Positions 57,877 to 58,051 of a stretch of 58,051 bases of DNA are shown one piece after another. Below the pieces are notes generated by a model that did no database searches, had not been told where the DNA came from, and saw nothing but the letters and a program-made list of their open reading frames with translations. The stretch is taken from NCBI GenBank assembly GCA_035466615.1, contig DATIUT010000018.1:1-58051 (forward strand), written 5' to 3'. The DNA is from Anaerolineales bacterium (GTDB lineage Bacteria > Chloroflexota > Anaerolineae > Anaerolineales > Villigracilaceae). Within the stretch, counting starts at the first letter, position 1, and every line of letters begins with the position of its first letter. The position numbers were made by a program, and so were the translations under genes.

Positions 57877-58051
57877 CTACTGACCGTTCTGTACCGGGAG
57901 TTGCCCCGCCGGGCAATTGGCAAAACCGTTGCCGGCGCCAAACCCCTGTCCGCGTGGGCCGCCAAAGCCGCGACCAAAGCCACCGAAGCCGCCGCCCATG
58001 AAGCCATTGTCAAGACCTTCAAGCATCCAATCAGCCTGCGCCTGGGTCATT
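57877..58051 (-). CDS. C-terminus of a Gly-rich hypothetical protein (truncated by window end)
   Basis: ...MTQAQADWMLEGLDNGFMGGGFGGFGRGFGGPRGQGFGAGNGFANCPAGQLPVQNGQ*. Confidence 0.65.
   Translation of the reverse strand, partial: MTQAQADWMLEGLDNGFMGGGFGGFGRGFGGPRGQGFGAGNGFANCPAGQLPVQNGQ

Noticed and set aside
1-58051. CRISPR array, tRNA or rRNA genes
   Set aside because: No regularly spaced repeat-spacer series or tRNA/rRNA-like sequence seen; the palindromes are dispersed single copies.

Overview
A mostly core-genome bacterial window. The protein style, leaderless TANNNT promoters and repeat families suggest Chloroflexota, probably Anaerolineales (inference only). In order it holds: the end of a HIT-family gene, an AT-rich membrane ORF, guaA, two paralogous membrane proteins, a vWA-like/TM/FHA gene plus a PP2C phosphatase, a cupin, cysS, a chimeric IS701/ISH3 relic, and an RlmI-like methyltransferase. 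The dcw cluster follows (mraZ rsmH ftsL ftsI murF mraY murD ftsW murG cvpA-like murC [2 small ORFs] murB ddl ftsQ ftsA ftsZ; no murE). After it come a second RlmI-like gene, an unannotated GNAT pseudogene, a multi-TM subtilase, an aminotransferase, a stand-alone response regulator, and a 2-oxoacid dehydrogenase (fused E1, E2, lpdA) interrupted by an AT-rich secreted-protein/small-membrane-protein pair. The window ends with a LacI-sensor/GAF histidine kinase, GNATs, an MFS transporter, an M6-like metalloprotease, clpC, a WD40 lipoprotein and a holin-like protein. The most unusual signals are sub-genic: several palindromic REP-like families (one nested inside another), degenerate 7-8 nt tandem repeats at gene junctions and in-frame inside genes, a perfect inverted repeat whose loop is TATAAT, and the candidate secreted toxin/immunity pair. 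No rRNA, tRNA or CRISPR array was seen. All assignments come from reading motifs by eye; no searches were run.
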